Assembly (NCBI GenBank): GCA_029862005.1
Contig: JAOTYD010000006.1
Location: 69,758 to 133,757 of the forward strand
Direction of reading: 5' to 3'
DNA length: 64,000 bases
Origin: Gammaproteobacteria bacterium
GTDB lineage: Bacteria; Pseudomonadota; Gammaproteobacteria; GCA-001735895
A model generated the notes under the pieces. That model saw only the letters and a list, made by a program, of their open reading frames with translations, was not told where the DNA came from and searched no databases. Below, one piece after another: positions 61,483 to 64,000 of this stretch (positions are counted from its first letter, which is position 1; every line of letters starts with the position of its first letter). The translations under genes were made by a program, and so were the position numbers.

Positions 61483-62826
61483 ATGCTGGAAAAAATTGTT
61501 ATCGCCAACCGCGGTGAAATCGCACTTCGGATCCTGCGCGCCTGTCGCGAAATGGATATCAAGACAGTCGCGGTTCATTCGACCGCCGATCGGGACCTGA
61601 AACACGTGCGGCTTGCCGACGAATCGGTGTGCATCGGACCGCCCTCCTCGCTGGAAAGCTATCTCAATATCCCGGCGTTGATCTGCGCTGCTGAATTGAC
61701 CAACGCCGATGGCATCCATCCTGGCTACGGTTTCCTGTCTGAAAACGCAGAATTCGCGGAGCAGGTCGAGTCGAGTGGTTTCAAATTCATCGGACCAAGC
61801 GCGGCAGCGATCCGCATCATGGGTGACAAGGTGGCCGCGATCAAGGCGATGAAGCAGGCCGGCGTGCCGACCGTGCCTGGCTCGGACGGGCCTCTCGGTG
61901 ACAGCGACAGCAAAAACCTGGAGATGGGCCGCAAGATCGGATACCCGGTCATTATCAAGGCCGCCGGTGGTGGCGGTGGACGCGGAATGCGGGTGGTGCA
62001 TGCCGAGGGCAGCCTGTTGAACTCGATCCAGTTAACCAAATCGGAGGCGGCAGCCGCTTTCGACAACGACACGGTCTACATGGAAAAATTCCTCGGTGCA
62101 CCGCGCCATATTGAAATACAGGTACTCGCGGATGCCCACGGTCACGCCATCCATTTGGCCGAACGCGATTGCTCGATGCAAAGGAGACACCAGAAAGTAG
62201 TCGAGGAAGCGCCGGCGCCGGGCATCACCGAGGAGCAACGCAATCGAATTGGCACGCGTTGCGCCGAGGCCTGCATCAAGATGGAATATGAAGGTGCCGG
62301 TACTTTCGAGTTCCTTTATGAAAATGGCGAGTTTTACTTTATCGAGATGAATACGCGCGTCCAGGTGGAACATCCGGTGACCGAAATGATTACCTGGGTG
62401 GATATTATCAAGGAACAGATCTCGATCGCCTCCGGTAATCCACTGCGCTTTAAGCAGGAGGATATTCACGTGCACGGACACGCCATCGAATGCCGCATAA
62501 ACGCCGAGGACTCGAAAACCTTTCTGCCCTCGCCCGGCAAGATCACGCTCTACCACGCACCCGGTGGGCCCGGCGTCCGCATGGACTCCCATATCTACAA
62601 CGGCTATACCGTGCCACCCTATTACGATTCGATGATCGGCAAGCTAATCACTTACGGCAGCACGCGCGAATCGGCGATAGCACGCATGAACGGCGCACTT
62701 TCTGAAATCGTGATCGAAGGCATCAAAACCAATCTCGAGCTGCAAAAGGACATCATCAGCGATGGAAACTTCGCCGCCGGTGGCACCGATATCCACTACC
62801 TCGAAAAGAAACTCGGGCTGGACTAG
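61483..62826 (+). CDS. accC: acetyl-CoA carboxylase biotin carboxylase subunit
   Basis: [21 protein letters not shown]...; ATP-grasp fold. Confidence 0.95.
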   Translation: MLEKIVIANRGEIALRILRACREMDIKTVAVHSTADRDLKHVRLADESVCIGPPSSLESYLNIPALICAAELTNADGIHPGYGFLSENAEFAEQVESSGFKFIGPSAAAIRIMGDKVAAIKAMKQAGVPTVPGSDGPLGDSDSKNLEMGRKIGYPVIIKAAGGGGGRGMRVVHAEGSLLNSIQLTKSEAAAAFDNDTVYMEKFLGAPRHIEIQVLADAHGHAIHLAERDCSMQRRHQKVVEEAPAPGITEEQRNRIGTRCAEACIKMEYEGAGTFEFLYENGEFYFIEMNTRVQVEHPVTEMITWVDIIKEQISIASGNPLRFKQEDIHVHGHAIECRINAEDSKTFLPSPGKITLYHAPGGPGVRMDSHIYNGYTVPPYYDSMIGKLITYGSTRESAIARMNGALSEIVIEGIKTNLELQKDIISDGNFAAGGTDIHYLEKKLGLD

Positions 62827-62838
62827 CACTTTATAACG

Positions 62839-63738
62839 ATGACATGGTGGCAATTCAGCCTAAACTGTCAGGCGTCTGAACTCGAGCAGGTCGAAGCGTT
62901 GATGCAGGAGCTGGGCGCGCTCAGTATCTCGCTGCGTGATGCGGGTGACGAACCCATCTATGAACCGCTGCCGGACGATAATCCTGTCTGGCAGGAATCA
63001 GTCGTCACCGCGACCTTCGACGCTGGCCTGGACCCCGGGCAGTTAAAGCAGCAATTGACCCAGGGATTACCGCGTCACCTGGCAGTCGAAGTCCGGCAGG
63101 AAACGCTTGAAGAACAGGCCTGGGATCAGGCTTACAAGCAGCATTTCCAGCCGTTGCAGTACGCGCCCGATCTCTGGATCGTCCCGAGCTGGTCGGAGCC
63201 CCCGGTTCCCGACGCAACGGTCATCCGGCTCGATCCGGGCCTTGCCTTTGGCACCGGAAGCCATCCGACAACCGCACTGTGCCTGGCCTGGTTGGGTGCA
63301 AACAAAATTAAAGATCGCCACGTCATCGATTTTGGTTGTGGCTCCGGCATCCTGGCGATTGCAGCGATTAAACTTGGCGCCAAACAGGTTACCGCGGTCG
63401 ATATTGACGAACAGGCTCTGACCGCCTGTCAATCAAATATGGAAGTGAATGCCATCAGTGCAGAACAGATCAAGGTTTGTCGGCCCGAGAATTTGACGAC
63501 TGCCGGAACAGACCTGTTGGTCGCTAACATTCTGGCCAGCCCGCTGGTCGAGCTCGCACCCCGCTTTGCATCGTTGATCAGGCCCGATGGCCAAATATTG
63601 CTCTCGGGTATACTCAACACACAGCTGGAAGAGATACAATCGTCTTATCAACCCTTTTTCGATCTCGATCCAGCCAGTTACCGCGACGAATGGGTATGTG
63701 TCAGCGGTTACCGACTTTTACGGGAGAATAATGACTAG
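62839..63738 (+). CDS. prmA: ribosomal protein L11 methyltransferase
   Basis: SAM motif DFGCGSGILAI. Confidence 0.9.
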   Translation: MTWWQFSLNCQASELEQVEALMQELGALSISLRDAGDEPIYEPLPDDNPVWQESVVTATFDAGLDPGQLKQQLTQGLPRHLAVEVRQETLEEQAWDQAYKQHFQPLQYAPDLWIVPSWSEPPVPDATVIRLDPGLAFGTGSHPTTALCLAWLGANKIKDRHVIDFGCGSGILAIAAIKLGAKQVTAVDIDEQALTACQSNMEVNAISAEQIKVCRPENLTTAGTDLLVANILASPLVELAPRFASLIRPDGQILLSGILNTQLEEIQSSYQPFFDLDPASYRDEWVCVSGYRLLRENND

Positions 63739-64000
63739 CAGCACCCATTTGGGCATCGTGATGGAAACCACCTGCACCGAGTGCGGGAGTCGTTTTCGCC
63801 TCACCGAAAACCAGCTGAAGCACGCTTACGGTAAGGTTCGCTGCGGGGAATGTGAGACCGTGTTCAATGCGCTAGTCAACCTCAGGAATTATGAAGGCGA
63901 GATCCCGCCGGGTTACCTGGACCAGTTTCAACGCGAGGATTTCACGTCGGGAAAGGCATCGCCGTTAACCGGCTCTGACGACGAATCGGATTTTGAGCAG
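63731..64000 (+). CDS. zinc-ribbon (MJ0042-type) domain protein, partial at the window end
   Basis: CTECGSRF...CGECETVF zinc-ribbon motif. ATGA-type overlap with the prmA stop. Confidence 0.55.
   Translation, partial: MTSSTHLGIVMETTCTECGSRFRLTENQLKHAYGKVRCGECETVFNALVNLRNYEGEIPPGYLDQFQREDFTSGKASPLTGSDDESDFEQ

Overview
This 64 kb window looks like a gammaproteobacterial chromosome segment. It appears moderately GC-rich with tightly packed operons, and I found no rRNA, tRNA, CRISPR or mobile elements. All calls below come from reading the translated ORFs and the raw sequence; no database search was run.

Features, left to right:
- **1-5.4 kb:** a partial MscS-family channel, nagZ, ispF, a stand-alone heme A synthase (COX15/CtaA), an M24 creatinase-like peptidase, and a PNPOx-like flavoprotein.
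- **5.4-11 kb:** a flagellar locus. flgFEDCB sit on the minus strand behind a sigma-54-like -24/-12 element. flgA-flgM-flgN sit on the plus strand, with a textbook sigma-28 promoter upstream of flgM. The rod/hook operon stops after flgF; no flgG to flgL are present locally.
- **11.4-16.3 kb:** dapC-dapD-yffB-dapE-gluQ and a rhodanese gene.
- **16.3-23.1 kb:** a complete ccmABCDEFGHI cytochrome c maturation operon on the minus strand.
- **23.2-26.1 kb:** a small unknown protein, a CDF transporter and an MFS transporter.
- **26.1-50.9 kb:** the most unusual part, a roughly 25 kb pair of divergent envelope operons described below.
- **51-64 kb:** a Lon-like AAA protease with a co-transcribed unknown protein; groESL with sigma-32 plus sigma-70/CIRCE control; fxsA; cutA-dsbD-tlpA; aroQ-accB-accC-prmA; and a partial zinc-ribbon protein.

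The divergent envelope locus:
- **Minus operon (33975 to 26107):** a PD40 beta-propeller lipoprotein with two CxxCH-xx-NNG heme modules, an SH3b outer-membrane barrel, a second barrel, a TlpA thioredoxin, a DUF4266-like lipoprotein ending in GGGCGCN, a DUF3570-like barrel, and an orphan Omp85/TpsB-like transporter.
- **Plus operon (34322 to 50918):** a secreted mono-heme protein, a di-heme LamG lipoprotein, a Tat-signal protein, the ApbE flavin transferase, an acidic coiled-coil protein, three TPR proteins, ExbB, two ExbD, a TonB-like protein with a perfect 4x15-nt PEKKK repeat, a GNAT acetyltransferase and another TlpA.
- **Interpretation:** together this looks like an uncharacterised extracytoplasmic redox and energy-transduction system, and it sits beside the ccm operon and dsbD. 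That reading is an inference from gene content and arrangement, not a demonstrated function.
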